Of a stretch of DNA of 46,619 nt, positions 9,193 through 19,952 are shown piece after piece. Positions within the stretch are counted from its first letter, which is position 1; each line of letters begins with the position of its first letter. Source of the stretch: Gemmatimonadota bacterium (lineage in GTDB: Bacteria; Gemmatimonadota; Gemmatimonadetes; Gemmatimonadales; Gemmatimonadaceae); assembly GCA_031372565.1 (NCBI GenBank), contig JANMLN010000034.1:1-46619 (forward strand). The letters run 5' to 3'. The notes under the pieces were generated by a model. That model was given only the letters and a program-made list of their open reading frames with translations. It made no database searches and was not told where the DNA came from. Made by a program: the position numbers and the translations under genes.

Positions 9193-9357
9193 CTCGACGT
9201 CACCCGCTCGCACGTAGGTCCAACCGCTGCCAGCAGTTAGCGCCGCTGTCGCACCCGGAGTTTCCGGTGCCACTCCCGGTGCGCTCCCGGTGGCATGGCC
9301 CCCCGCGCGAGCTCCGGGTTTACTCGAGCCGCGCCCTCGGCGCGCAGGGATAGATAC

Positions 9358-10947
9358 ATGTTGGATACCAACGTGCTCCTCCTCCTCGTGGGAGGAGCCG
9401 GAGTGCTGGTTTCGGGCATCATGTTCCTCGTTGGTCGAGGCGTCGGCAGCAAGGCCGAACTCGCCAAGCAGCAGCAGGCGAATACCACGGCCGAAGAAAC
9501 GTCGAAGCGGCTGATCGGCGAGGCCACGCGCGAAGCGGAGTCGCTCCGCAAGGCCGCCGTGCTCACGGGCAAGGAAGAGGCGCTCAAGCAGCGCGAGGAG
9601 TGGGAGAAGGAGGCGCGCGGTCGTCGCGAGGAGGTCGAGCGCGAGGAGCGCCGCGTGGCGGAAAAGGAAGGCGCCCTGGATCGCAAGTTCGAGATCCTCG
9701 AGCAGCGCGACAAGGATCTCGGGCGCCGGGGCTCCGAGGTGGGCCGGAAGGAGAAGTCGATTGCCGACAAGCAGGGTGAGCTCGACCAACTGGTGGTTGA
9801 CGAGCGCCGTCGGCTCGAGGCGTTGGCCGGCATGTCGATCGCCGAAGCCAAGCACGAGCTCATGAAGCGGCTCGAGGAAGAGGCGCACGCCGACGCCGCG
9901 AACAAGCTTCGCGAGATCCGCGAGCGCGCCAAGCGCGACGCCGACCGCGAAGCGCGCAAGATCGTGGCGCTCGCCGTTCAGCGCGTGGCGAGCGATACGA
10001 CGGCCGAGGTCTCGGTGTCGAGCGTGTCGCTGCCGAACGATGAGATGAAGGGCCGCATCATCGGGCGCGAGGGGCGCAACATCCGCGCCTTCGAACTGGC
10101 CACGGGCGTGGACGTCATCATCGACGATACGCCGGACACGGTGGTCGTCTCGTGCTTCGATCCGGTGCGCCGCGAGGTGGCGCGCATCGCCCTCGAGAAG
10201 CTCGTGACCGACGGGCGCATCCACCCCGGACGCATCGAGGAAGTGGTCACCAAGGCGCGCAAGGAGGTCGAAGTGGCGATCGTCGAGATGGGGGAGCAGG
10301 CCGCCTACGAGACCGGCATCCACGGGCTGCACCCGGAGCTCATCAAGCTCATCGGGCGCATGCGGTGGCGGACCAGCTACGGGCAGAACATCCTGCACCA
10401 CAGCAAGGAAGTGGCGCACCTGGCCGGGATGATGGCGGCCGAGCTGGGCCTCGACGTGATGCTCGCCAAGCGCGGCGCGCTCCTGCACGACGTGGGCAAG
10501 GTGCTCACGCACGAGCACGAGGGCACGCACGTGCAGCTCGGCGTCGAGATGGCGACCAAGTACGGCGAGAGTCCGATGGTGATCAACTGCATCGCCGCCC
10601 ACCACGACGACGTGCCGCACGAGACCGAAGAGTCGGTGCTCGTGCAGGCGGCCGACAGCATCTCGGGCTCGCGCCCGGGGGCGCGTCGCGAGGCGTTCGA
10701 GACGTACGTCAAGCGCCTCGAGGGACTCGAGAAGATTGCTGCCAGCTACCGCGGCGTCGAGAAGGTGTTTGCCATCCAGGCCGGTCGCGAAGTGCGCGTC
10801 GTGGTCACGCCCGACGACGTCGACGATGTGCGCATGGCCTCGCTGTCCGGCGAGATCGCACGACGCATCGAGGCGGAACTCCAGTATCCCGGCCAGATCA
10901 AGGTCGTGGTCATCCGCGAGACGCGCGCGGTGGAGTACGCCCGATGA
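9358..10947 (+). CDS. rny: Ribonuclease Y
   Basis: N-terminal TM helix, coiled coil, KH domain ([15 protein letters not shown]), HD domain (LLHDVGK), [17 protein letters not shown] 9358 follows AGGGA. Confidence 0.97.
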   Translation: MLDTNVLLLLVGGAGVLVSGIMFLVGRGVGSKAELAKQQQANTTAEETSKRLIGEATREAESLRKAAVLTGKEEALKQREEWEKEARGRREEVEREERRVAEKEGALDRKFEILEQRDKDLGRRGSEVGRKEKSIADKQGELDQLVVDERRRLEALAGMSIAEAKHELMKRLEEEAHADAANKLREIRERAKRDADREARKIVALAVQRVASDTTAEVSVSSVSLPNDEMKGRIIGREGRNIRAFELATGVDVIIDDTPDTVVVSCFDPVRREVARIALEKLVTDGRIHPGRIEEVVTKARKEVEVAIVEMGEQAAYETGIHGLHPELIKLIGRMRWRTSYGQNILHHSKEVAHLAGMMAAELGLDVMLAKRGALLHDVGKVLTHEHEGTHVQLGVEMATKYGESPMVINCIAAHHDDVPHETEESVLVQAADSISGSRPGARREAFETYVKRLEGLEKIAASYRGVEKVFAIQAGREVRVVVTPDDVDDVRMASLSGEIARRIEAELQYPGQIKVVVIRETRAVEYAR

Positions 10948-11852
10948 CGGCACCCACTCCGGGCACGGCCCGCATCATCGACGGCGCCGCCGTAGCCAAG
11001 GCCATCCGCGAGGAGGTCAAGATCGACGCGGCCTCGCTCGTGGCCCAGGGCACGCAGCCCGGCCTGGCCGTTGTACTCGTGGGCGAGGATCCCGCGAGCG
11101 CCGTGTACGTCCGCTCCAAGGGCAAGGCGTGCGAAGAGGCGGGCATGCGATCCGAGACGATCCGCATGCCCGCCACGACCACGCAGGCCGAACTGCTCGC
11201 CGTCGTCGACCGGCTCAACCATGATCCGCTCACGCACGGGATCCTCGTGCAGATGCCGCTCCCCAAGCAGATCGATCCGCAGGCCGTCATCCTCGCCATC
11301 AATCCGGCCAAGGACGTCGACGGCTTTCATCCGATCAACGCCGGCAAGCTCTTCTCCGGCGACCTGAGCGGCTTCATCCCGTGTACGCCGCTCGGCGTTC
11401 GCGAGTTGCTGCTGCGGCACGAGATCGACACGCAGGGCGCGGCTGCGGTCGTCGTCGGGCGCAGCACCATCGTGGGGCGTCCGATGGCGGCGCTGTTGAT
11501 GCTGGCCGGGAAGGGGGGCGACGCCACCGTGACCGTGTGCCACTCCCGCACGCGCGACCTGGCGTCACACCTCAAGCGCGCCACGATCGTGATTGCCGCG
11601 ATCGGTCGCCGCGAGATGATCACCGGCGACATGCTCATGCCGGGCGCTGTCGTCATCGATGTCGGAATGAACCGGGTCGACGATCCCAGCACCAAGAGCG
11701 GGACGCGCCTCTATGGGGACGTCCACTTCCCGAGCGCCAGTGCAGTCGCATCGTATATCACGCCCGTTCCGGGTGGTGTCGGTCCGATGACCATCGCGAT
11801 GCTGCTCAAGAACACGATGACCGCGGCACGGCGCTCGGCGGGCGTCGCGTAG
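10944..11852 (+). CDS. folD: Methylenetetrahydrofolate dehydrogenase/cyclohydrolase
   Basis: [51 protein letters not shown] overlap with rny. Confidence 0.97.
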   Translation: MTAPTPGTARIIDGAAVAKAIREEVKIDAASLVAQGTQPGLAVVLVGEDPASAVYVRSKGKACEEAGMRSETIRMPATTTQAELLAVVDRLNHDPLTHGILVQMPLPKQIDPQAVILAINPAKDVDGFHPINAGKLFSGDLSGFIPCTPLGVRELLLRHEIDTQGAAAVVVGRSTIVGRPMAALLMLAGKGGDATVTVCHSRTRDLASHLKRATIVIAAIGRREMITGDMLMPGAVVIDVGMNRVDDPSTKSGTRLYGDVHFPSASAVASYITPVPGGVGPMTIAMLLKNTMTAARRSAGVA

Positions 11853-13292
11853 ATGCGCTCGCGCCGCGCGTCCGGCCCGTCGGCGTCGCAGGGCGACCTG
11901 GGGCTGCCGGCTGTCGACGCCGCCGACGTCTTTGATGACGCGCGTCCGCGCCGTGCCGCCGCCACGCCGGGTGCCACGGCCGAGAGTGCGGTCACGATCG
12001 CCACGCTCACGCAAACCGCCAAGGCGGTGCTCGAGGGCGCGTTCCAGCCGCTCTGGATTCGCGGCGAGGTGAGCAACTTCACGGCGCATCGCAACGGGCA
12101 CTGGTACTTCACGCTCAAGGACGCCGAGTCGCAGCTGCGATGCGTCGTCTGGCGCGGCGACACCGGAAAGATTCCCGCGCCACCCGACGACGGCATGGAG
12201 GTGTGCGCGTACGGCCGCCTCTCGATGTACACGGCCCGCGGCGAGATCCAGTTCGTGGCGACCCGCATGGAGGCCTCCGGTGAGGGGCTGTGGCGCAAGG
12301 CGTTCGATCTCGCCCACCGCAAGCTGGAGGCCGACGGGCTGCTCGATGACGCGCGCAAGCGGCCGCTCCCGCTCGCGCCGCGCCGCATCGCGTTCATCAC
12401 GAGCGCCACGGGTGCCGCATTTCACGACGTGGTGGCGGTCACGCGGCGCCGGTCGCCAGGCACGGAGCTGGTGCTCGTGCCGGCGCTCGTGCAGGGGGAC
12501 GGCGCGGTGCCGTCGCTGATCGCAGCGCTCGAGAACGTGGCGCGCTGGAACGACTGCGATCTCGTGATCATCGGACGCGGCGGCGGGTCGCGCGAGGACC
12601 TCTGGTGCTTCAACGACGAGATGCTGTGCCGGGCCGTGGCGGCCTGTCCCATCCCGATCATCAGCGCGGTCGGCCACGAAGTGGACATCACGCTGTGCGA
12701 CCTCGTGGCCGACTGGCGCGCGCCCACGCCGAGCGCGGCGGCCGAGCGGGCGGTGCCCGACCATCTCGCGCTCGTGGCCACCGTCGCCCGACTCGGGCAA
12801 CTCATGCGTGCGTCCATGGAGCGCCGCACGCGGCGCGGTCGGCAGGCGCTGGCGCGCGACGGGGCGCGCATGCGGGTCGCGCTCGAGCGCCGAGCCCGCT
12901 ACGGCCGGCAGGCGCTCACGCGCACGTCGCAGCAACTCCTGGGCTCGTTCCAGCGCCGGTCGCGACGCGGTCGGCAGGCGCTCACGATGACCGCGCGACA
13001 GCTCGCCATGGCGTCGCGCCAGCTCGCTGAACGCGCCGCCGCCCGGTTGGGGCAGTCGGCCGCCCGGCTCCACGCCCTCTCGCCGCTGGCCACCCTCGCG
13101 CGCGGGTACGGCGTGGCGCGCACGGCGGACGGCACCGCCCTCGTGAGCTCGGCTGCCTTCCACGCCGGGTTAGCGTTCCGATTGACGTTGCGCGACGGTG
13201 AGGTGCAGGCCACCACCACTGGCGTTACCCCCGGTGCCCCCACGGGCGCCCCCGAACTGGCGCGCCCGATCGCGCCGGGAGATCCCCGATGA
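11853..13292 (+). CDS. xseA: Exodeoxyribonuclease VII large subunit
   Basis: WIRGEVSN, GHWYFTLKD, RGGGSREDLWCFNDE, SAVGHEVD, APTPSAAAE, LSPLATLARGY. The start codon is uncertain. Confidence 0.96.
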   Translation: MRSRRASGPSASQGDLGLPAVDAADVFDDARPRRAAATPGATAESAVTIATLTQTAKAVLEGAFQPLWIRGEVSNFTAHRNGHWYFTLKDAESQLRCVVWRGDTGKIPAPPDDGMEVCAYGRLSMYTARGEIQFVATRMEASGEGLWRKAFDLAHRKLEADGLLDDARKRPLPLAPRRIAFITSATGAAFHDVVAVTRRRSPGTELVLVPALVQGDGAVPSLIAALENVARWNDCDLVIIGRGGGSREDLWCFNDEMLCRAVAACPIPIISAVGHEVDITLCDLVADWRAPTPSAAAERAVPDHLALVATVARLGQLMRASMERRTRRGRQALARDGARMRVALERRARYGRQALTRTSQQLLGSFQRRSRRGRQALTMTARQLAMASRQLAERAAARLGQSAARLHALSPLATLARGYGVARTADGTALVSSAAFHAGLAFRLTLRDGEVQATTTGVTPGAPTGAPELARPIAPGDPR

Positions 13293-13543
13293 GCCCCGCA
13301 GCGAAGGTGCCGGAACCGACCCCGCCGTTCGAAGCGCGCCTGGCGCGCCTCGAGACGATCGTCGGGGAACTCGATGACGAGGATGTGCCGCTCGATCGCG
13401 CCTTGGCCCTTTTCGAAGAAGGCGTGAGCGAACTCAAGGCCGCGCAGGCGGCATTGGCGCAGGCGGAAGCGACGCTCAAGGTGCTGGTGGAGCAGGCTGA
13501 CGGAACCTTTGCCCTGAATGACCTTGACCGCCGTGGCGACTGA
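13289..13543 (+). CDS. xseB: Exodeoxyribonuclease VII small subunit
   Basis: FEARLARLETIVGELD...LDRALALFEEG; follows xseA. Confidence 0.95.
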   Translation: MSPAAKVPEPTPPFEARLARLETIVGELDDEDVPLDRALALFEEGVSELKAAQAALAQAEATLKVLVEQADGTFALNDLDRRGD

Positions 13544-14423
13544 GCGCTCCTTTGCCGTCGAGCGTGCGGAGATCGACCGCACGCTGGCCAGCGTCTGCGA
13601 CCGCTACCTCGGGGCGCTGGCTCCGACGGTCGCGGAGGCGATTCGCTACTCGCTCCTGGGCGAGGGCAAGCGTTTGCGCGCGATTCTCGTCATGGCGGCG
13701 CACCGGGCGGCCGGGGGCGCGGGCTCGGTGATCGAGCTGGCGGCGGCCGTGGAGGTGGTGCACGCCTACTCGCTCGTGCATGACGACCTGCCGTGCATGG
13801 ACGACGATGACATGCGGCGGGGGCGGCTGACCGTTCACAAGGTGTACGGCGTGCCCGCCGCCACAGCCGCTGGGCTGGCCATGGTGCCGCTCGCCGCGAA
13901 GGCGGCCAACGCGGCCGCACAGTCGTTGGGGCTCGCACCGACGACCTGTGGCGCGATCGTGCGCACGCTGATGGTGGCCTCCGGCGCGGGCGGGATGATC
14001 GGCGGGCAGTTGCTCGACCTCGAGGGCGAAGGAACTGCGCTCACGCTTGAGCAGTTGGAACGGGTGCATCGTGCGAAGACCGGCGCGCTGATCGAGGCGT
14101 CGGTCATCCTCGGCGGCATGGCGGCGGGGGCGTCCCCGACGGCCATGCAGGCGTTCGAGCGGTATGGTGCCGCGATCGGACTCGCGTTCCAGATTGCGGA
14201 TGATGTGCTGGATGTCACGGCGACGACCGATCAGCTGGGAAAGGTGGCCGGTCGCGATCTGGCGCTGCAGAAGAGCACCTATCCGGCGCTCATGGGTGTT
14301 GAAGGGGCCCGGATGCGGGCGGAGTCGCTGGTGGAGGACGCCTGTGCCGCGCTGTCCGGTGCGGGGCTGTTGACCCCGGATCTGGACTATCTCGCCCGTT
14401 TCATGGTTCGCCGTTCGTCGTAG
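13518..14423 (+). CDS. ispA: Farnesyl/geranylgeranyl diphosphate synthase
   Basis: GKRLR, HAYSLVHDDLPCMDDDDMRRG, GGQLLDL, KTGAL, GLAFQIADDVLD. Confidence 0.93.
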   Translation: MTLTAVATERSFAVERAEIDRTLASVCDRYLGALAPTVAEAIRYSLLGEGKRLRAILVMAAHRAAGGAGSVIELAAAVEVVHAYSLVHDDLPCMDDDDMRRGRLTVHKVYGVPAATAAGLAMVPLAAKAANAAAQSLGLAPTTCGAIVRTLMVASGAGGMIGGQLLDLEGEGTALTLEQLERVHRAKTGALIEASVILGGMAAGASPTAMQAFERYGAAIGLAFQIADDVLDVTATTDQLGKVAGRDLALQKSTYPALMGVEGARMRAESLVEDACAALSGAGLLTPDLDYLARFMVRRSS

Positions 14424-14487
14424 CTTTCACCTGTTGGCCAAGACCGACTCCCCGCAGGGGTGCCGGCGCACTTCAACCCTCCCAGCA

Positions 14488-16368
14488 ATGTCCCTGCTCG
14501 ATCGCGCACAGAATCCCGCCGGCCTCCGGCAGCTTTCACGTGAGCAGCTCCCCAAGCTCGCGCAGGAGATGCGCGACTTCCTCATCCAGTCGTGCGCCGT
14601 GACGGGCGGGCATATCGGCGCCGGCCTGGGTGTCGTGGAACTCGCGATCGCGCTGCACTACGTGTTCGAGACACCGGTCGACCAGCTGGTGTGGGACGTC
14701 GGGCATCAGGGCTACCCGCACAAGATCCTGACCGGTCGCGGCGATCGGTTCGGCACGCTGCGTCAGGAGAACGGCCTCTCCGGCTTCCTCAAGCGCTCCG
14801 AAAGCGAGTACGACACCTTCGGCGCCGGACATGCCGCGACCTCCATCTCGGCCGCCGTGGGCATGGCCTTCGGGCGCGACCTGACCGGGGGCACGCACAA
14901 GGTCGTTGCCATCATCGGCGACGGCTCGCTCGGGTCCGGTCTCGCGTACGAGGGGCTGAACAACGCCGGCGCGAGTGATTCGGACATCATCGTCATCCTC
15001 AATGACAACGAGATGTCGATCGCGCCGAACGTGGGCGCGATGCACAAGTACCTCACGCAGGTGCAGCGGAACCCGATCTACAATCGCCTCCGCTCCAAGA
15101 TCGGGGAGATCGCCGACCAGCAGCCGATGCTCGGCACGCTCGTTCGCAAGTGGGAAGAGAGCGTCAAGTCGTTCCTGACTCCCGGTGTGCTCTTCGAGGA
15201 GCTTGGCTTTCGGTATTTCGGCCCGATCGATGGCCACGACACCGACGAGCTGGTCGACACGCTCAAGGAAGTGCGCGAGATGAAGGGACCGCGGCTCGTG
15301 CATGTGGTCACGCAGAAGGGGAAGGGGTTCCCGGCTGGCGAGCACGGCGAGAAGTGGCATGCCCTGCCGCCCGGCCACGATCCGGCCACGGGCAAGCAGG
15401 TCAAGGCGGCAGCGGCAGGCAATCCGAATTACACGGCGGCGTTCGGCAAGGGACTCGCCGAGATCATGACGGCCCAGCCCGAGGTGGTCGCCATCACGGC
15501 CGCCATGCCCAGCGGTACCGGCACCGGAACGATCGCCAAGGTGCACCCAAAGCGCGTGTTCGACGTCGGGATTGCCGAGGGGCATGGCGTGACCTTTGCC
15601 GGTGGCTTGGCGACAGCGGGCATCCGCCCCGTCGTGGCCATCTACTCGACCTTCCTGCAGCGCGGCTACGACAACATCATTCACGATGTGGCCATCCAGC
15701 ACCTGCCGGTCCTGTTCGCGATGGACCGCGCCGGGCTCGTGGGCGAGGACGGCGAAACGCACGCCGGGCTCTACGACATCGCGTACATGCTCGCCGTGCC
15801 CGGCATGACGGTCACGGCGCCGCGCGACGCAACCGAACTGCTCGCACTCCTCAAGGCGGGACTGCAGCACGATGGACCGTTCTGCGTGCGCTATCCGCGC
15901 GATACCGCGCCGGACACGCCGGTGAACGCCGCCGAGATCGAGCCGACCCCCTATGGCACCTGGGACGTGGTGCGCAAGGGCCACGACGTCGCGATCCTCG
16001 CCGTCGGCACGATGGTCAACCTGTCGCTCGCTGCGGCCGAGGCGCTCGCCGCCGACGGACTGGATGTCACCGTCGTGAACTGCCGCTACCTCAAGCCGTA
16101 CGACGCGCTCACGCTCGCCGCCCTCGTCACCGACCACAAGCATCTGCTCGTGGTGGAAGAGGGCACGGTCGTGAACGGCTTCGGTTCGTACCTCGCCGGC
16201 ATCGTGGACGCGATGGACCCGACCGTCCGCGTCATCCCGCATGGCGTGCCCGACCGGATCATCTACGCGGCCTCGCGCGCGCGCCAGTTGGCCCAGTGCG
16301 GGCTCGACGCCGCGGGGATCGCCGACAAGGTGCGGGCGCTGCACGAGAGCGAGGCGCTCGCCGGGTGA
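14488..16368 (+). CDS. dxs: 1-deoxy-D-xylulose-5-phosphate synthase
   Basis: GGHIGAGLG, WDVGHQGYPHK, GDGS...NDNEMSI, DVGIAEGH, YSTFLQR, DRAGLVGEDG. Confidence 0.97.
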   Translation: MSLLDRAQNPAGLRQLSREQLPKLAQEMRDFLIQSCAVTGGHIGAGLGVVELAIALHYVFETPVDQLVWDVGHQGYPHKILTGRGDRFGTLRQENGLSGFLKRSESEYDTFGAGHAATSISAAVGMAFGRDLTGGTHKVVAIIGDGSLGSGLAYEGLNNAGASDSDIIVILNDNEMSIAPNVGAMHKYLTQVQRNPIYNRLRSKIGEIADQQPMLGTLVRKWEESVKSFLTPGVLFEELGFRYFGPIDGHDTDELVDTLKEVREMKGPRLVHVVTQKGKGFPAGEHGEKWHALPPGHDPATGKQVKAAAAGNPNYTAAFGKGLAEIMTAQPEVVAITAAMPSGTGTGTIAKVHPKRVFDVGIAEGHGVTFAGGLATAGIRPVVAIYSTFLQRGYDNIIHDVAIQHLPVLFAMDRAGLVGEDGETHAGLYDIAYMLAVPGMTVTAPRDATELLALLKAGLQHDGPFCVRYPRDTAPDTPVNAAEIEPTPYGTWDVVRKGHDVAILAVGTMVNLSLAAAEALAADGLDVTVVNCRYLKPYDALTLAALVTDHKHLLVVEEGTVVNGFGSYLAGIVDAMDPTVRVIPHGVPDRIIYAASRARQLAQCGLDAAGIADKVRALHESEALAG

Positions 16369-17234
16369 AGCGCGTCGGCGTCGTTGGGCACCGCGGCTAC
16401 GACGACCTTCCGGAGATCCTCGGGCGGCTGACGACGCTGGCACCGACGCTCGGTCTCGCGCTGGCCTTCGAGCGAGACCTGCATGACCTGACGCCCGCCA
16501 GCGAGTTGCTCACCGACCCAGAAGGGCTCGACTGCGTGCTCACGCTCGGCGGCGACGGGACGCTCCTGCGTGGCGCCCGGTGGTTGGGCGCACACTCGGT
16601 GCCATTGCTCGGGGTGAACCTCGGGCGGCTCGGTTTTCTGACGAGTTGCACCGCCACGGAGCTCGACGACGCGCTCCGCCGGTTCGCCAGCGGCGCGTTC
16701 ACGGCCGAACCCCGCATGGGATTGGAGGCGCACACCATCAATGGGGTTGCGCAATCGGCCGCGCCGCTCCGGGCGCTCAACGACATCGTGCTGCACAAGG
16801 GCGGCTTTGCCCGCGTCCTGCGCTTCAGCGTGATGATCGACGGCGAATCGGTGGGCGCGTATAGCGGTGACGGCGTCGTGATCAGTACGCCCACGGGCAG
16901 CACCGCGTACTCGCTGTCCGCGGGCGGGCCGGTGGTCTTCCCGACGGTCGAATCGATTGTCCTCACCCCCGTGTCTCCCCACACGTTGGCCGTGCGGCCC
17001 TTGGTCCTCGCGCCCACGTCGGAGATCCGGGTGCGTGCAGAAGATGGGCCCGAGGAGCTTTTGGTTACCGTGGATGGACAGGTCGGCACCACATTCTCTG
17101 GTGGACACACGCTGGTGATACGCCGTGCCCCGTCGTCCGTGCGGATCGTCCGCTTCGACGGGAGTTCCTTCTTCTCGGTCTTGCGACAGAAGATGGGATG
17201 GGGCGGACTCGCCGAGCGCGACGAAGCCACCTGA
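16365..17234 (+). CDS. nadK: NAD kinase
   Basis: LGGDGTLL, GVNLGRLGFL, ALNDIV, STPTGSTAYSLSAGGP; GTGA overlap with dxs. Confidence 0.95.
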   Translation: MKRVGVVGHRGYDDLPEILGRLTTLAPTLGLALAFERDLHDLTPASELLTDPEGLDCVLTLGGDGTLLRGARWLGAHSVPLLGVNLGRLGFLTSCTATELDDALRRFASGAFTAEPRMGLEAHTINGVAQSAAPLRALNDIVLHKGGFARVLRFSVMIDGESVGAYSGDGVVISTPTGSTAYSLSAGGPVVFPTVESIVLTPVSPHTLAVRPLVLAPTSEIRVRAEDGPEELLVTVDGQVGTTFSGGHTLVIRRAPSSVRIVRFDGSSFFSVLRQKMGWGGLAERDEAT

Positions 17235-17243
17235 CACGAGCTG

Positions 17244-18956
17244 ATGCTTGCCGAACTCAGAATCCGCAATCTCGCCATCATCGAACAGCTGACGCTGCCG
17301 CTCGCGCCCGGGTTCAACGTGCTCACGGGCGAGACGGGCGCCGGCAAGTCGATCATCGTCGGCGCTCTCGGGCTGTTGCTGGGCGAGCGCGCGTCGAGCG
17401 ACGCGGTGCGGACCGGCGCCGACAAGGCGAGCGTCGAGGGCGACTTCGAGATCGGGTCGCACGCGGGCATTCGCCAACTGCTCGACGCGCGAGGCCTCGA
17501 AGCCGAAGACGGCATGCTCGTCCTCAAGCGCGAAGTGGCGGCGACCGGTCGCGCACGCGCCTGGGTGAATGGCACGAGCGTCACGGCGGCCGTGCTCGCC
17601 GAGCTGGGTGAGGCGCTGGTGAGCGTGCACGGCCAACATGCGTCGCAGGCGCTCCTCGATGAGCCGTCGCAACGCCTGATCCTCGACGGCTTCGCAGAGG
17701 CGGCAGCCGACGTGCAGGCGGTGGCCACGTCGGCGCAGGCGCTGGCCGAGGCGCGGCAGGCGATCGCGCAGCTCAAGGCGCGCACGTCGGACGCCGAGCG
17801 GCGGGCCGATTGGCTGCGTCATGTCGCGCAGGAGATTGCCGACGCCAAGCTGGCCACCGGCGAGGACACGCGACTCGAGGACGAAGCGCGTCGGCTGGAG
17901 AACGCGGATGAACTGCGGACGCTGGCCTCGGGTCTCTCTGATGCACTCGAGGGGGACGAAGACGCGGTGCTCACGCGCCTCGGCGGGCTGCAGCGCACGT
18001 TGGCGCAGCTGTTGCGCATCGACCCGGCGATCGCGCCGCTGCAGGAGTCGTTCGACGCCGGCTACTATGCGCTGGAAGCGCTGGCACGGGAACTGGAGAG
18101 CTACGCGGCCAAGGTGGAACTCGACCCGGACCGGTTGGCCACCGTGCAGCGGCGTCGTGACCTGGTCTTCAAGATCATGCGCAAGCATGGCCCGACGCTC
18201 GCCGACGTCATGGTCACCGGCGCGCGCGCTGCCGAGGAACTGGCGCTGCTCGACGGCTCAGGCGGTGATCTCGCGGCGCTCGAGGCACGCGCGACCACGA
18301 CGGAGAGCGCCCTGCGCGAAGCCTCGGCGCGACTCACCAAACGCCGGACTGCGGCGGCGGCACGCCTGGCGCGCGAGGTCGATGCACTGCTGCCCACGCT
18401 CGGCATGCCGGACGGGCACTTCGCCGCAGCGCTGCTCCCGCTGCCGGAGCCCGGGGCGCACGGTGCGGAAACCGTGGAGTTTCGTGTGGCGCTCAACATC
18501 GGCCATGAGGCGCGCCCAATCGCGCGGGTGGCCTCCGGCGGCGAACTTTCGCGCGTGATGCTCGCGCTCAAGACGATCCTGGCGCGCCTCGATCATGTGC
18601 CCACGCTGGTGTTCGATGAGGTCGACGCCGGGATCGGCGGCAAGGTCGGGCTGCAGGTGGGCGATGCCATGCGGCGCGTGGCGGCGCACCACCAGGTGTT
18701 CGCCATTTCGCACCTGCCGCAGTTGGCGGCGCGTGCGCATCACCACATTCGCGTGAGCAAGGGGGCGAAGGGTGGCGTGACAACGGCCGATGTCGCCGTG
18801 CTCACAGGTGAGGCGCGCGTGCTCGAAGTGGCCCGGATGCTGGGTGGCGATGACGAGAGCGCGGTGAGCCAGGCGCACGCGCGTGAACTGCTCGCGCTGG
18901 CCGCGCCGCCGGCCGAAACGGTACCCGAGGGAACGCGGACCGTCCGAAGGCGCTGA
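17244..18956 (+). CDS. recN: DNA repair protein RecN
   Basis: LTGETGAGKS, VHGQH, ASGGELSR, FDEVDAGIGG, SHLPQLAA. Confidence 0.97.
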   Translation: MLAELRIRNLAIIEQLTLPLAPGFNVLTGETGAGKSIIVGALGLLLGERASSDAVRTGADKASVEGDFEIGSHAGIRQLLDARGLEAEDGMLVLKREVAATGRARAWVNGTSVTAAVLAELGEALVSVHGQHASQALLDEPSQRLILDGFAEAAADVQAVATSAQALAEARQAIAQLKARTSDAERRADWLRHVAQEIADAKLATGEDTRLEDEARRLENADELRTLASGLSDALEGDEDAVLTRLGGLQRTLAQLLRIDPAIAPLQESFDAGYYALEALARELESYAAKVELDPDRLATVQRRRDLVFKIMRKHGPTLADVMVTGARAAEELALLDGSGGDLAALEARATTTESALREASARLTKRRTAAAARLAREVDALLPTLGMPDGHFAAALLPLPEPGAHGAETVEFRVALNIGHEARPIARVASGGELSRVMLALKTILARLDHVPTLVFDEVDAGIGGKVGLQVGDAMRRVAAHHQVFAISHLPQLAARAHHHIRVSKGAKGGVTTADVAVLTGEARVLEVARMLGGDDESAVSQAHARELLALAAPPAETVPEGTRTVRRR

Positions 18957-19056
18957 GCCCGTGTAGGGCGGGTGTCCTACGTCGGTCCAGGTTGTCGCGA
19001 TGTCACTTCCGCGGCGAAAGTGCAGTATCATCCGAGGTCTCCCAACTCCTCTCTGC

Positions 19057-19614
19057 ATGCAACGCCTCCGCGGCTTTTTCATCCTCGCCCTCGCGGGCTG
19101 CTCATCGGCTGGCAACAGCCCGCCAGTCGGGAGCGGTCCGGGCACGGTGTTCGAGAACAAGAACATCTCGAACTCTGGCGCCGGCGAACTCCTCGATGCC
19201 ACGGTGCAGTCGACAAAGTTCGTCTCGTCGGCGTCGATCGGCAGACCGGTGGACGATGTCTGGGCTGTGCTTCCGGACATCTGGACCACGCTCGGTATTA
19301 CCGTGGACGGGATCTCGCAGACGGAGCATCGCCTCACGAGCCCGATCATGCGCGTGCGGCGCGCGCTCGGCGGCGTGCCCTTGAGCCGCTACGTCGAGTG
19401 TGGTCGCACGGCCATGGGACCCAACGCGGACTCGTACTTCATCGCGCTCAAGGTGGAAACCGTGTTGAGCGGATCAGGGCGCACCACGATCGTGCAGAGC
19501 GCGCTCAAGGCGACGGGTGAAGGCACTGGCAACGGCGGCCAACAGGTGCGCTGCAGTTCGACGGGTGAACTCGAGAACCGGATCGGCGAACGGTTGCTCA
19601 AACGCTTGCAGTAG
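19057..19614 (+). CDS. Hypothetical lipoprotein
   Basis: MQRLRGFFILALAGC lipobox; two further Cys (YVECG, VRCSSTG). Confidence 0.7.
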   Translation: MQRLRGFFILALAGCSSAGNSPPVGSGPGTVFENKNISNSGAGELLDATVQSTKFVSSASIGRPVDDVWAVLPDIWTTLGITVDGISQTEHRLTSPIMRVRRALGGVPLSRYVECGRTAMGPNADSYFIALKVETVLSGSGRTTIVQSALKATGEGTGNGGQQVRCSSTGELENRIGERLLKRLQ

Positions 19615-19623
19615 CGCGCTTGG

Positions 19624-19905
19624 TCAGTCGTCGGCGCGGCGCTTGACCAACCGGCCGAGCATGCCCGGGGCACCGTCGAAGAGCAGCGCGATCACCAGGC
19701 CCGCCACCGGCGCCGTCGTCCAGGTCCCGCCGTACCAGTGGTGCACGGCGGCATACCACAGCGTCGTGGTCGGCAGGATGAAGAAGCCGAGCACGGGCCA
19801 CACCGGCGCCGCGAACACGCCGGCAAACCAGGAGGTGAAGAACCAGAGCCCCGCGATGACGAGCCGCGGAAACGCCAGCGCGATGACGACCAGAAAGCAT
19901 GGCAT
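19624..19905 (-). CDS. Small integral membrane protein
   Basis: Three hydrophobic segments (FPRL, WPVLGFFILPTTTLWY); fills the gap between neighbours. Confidence 0.7.
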   Translation of the reverse strand: MPCFLVVIALAFPRLVIAGLWFFTSWFAGVFAAPVWPVLGFFILPTTTLWYAAVHHWYGGTWTTAPVAGLVIALLFDGAPGMLGRLVKRRADD

Positions 19906-19952
19906 GACGGGAAACTATGCCAACGGTGCGAGGATCGCGCGCGCCGCCGCGG

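Noticed and set aside
18963..18980. Terminator after recN
   Set aside because: A 7-bp hairpin (GTAGGGC/GTCCTAC) without a U-tract; too weak to call.
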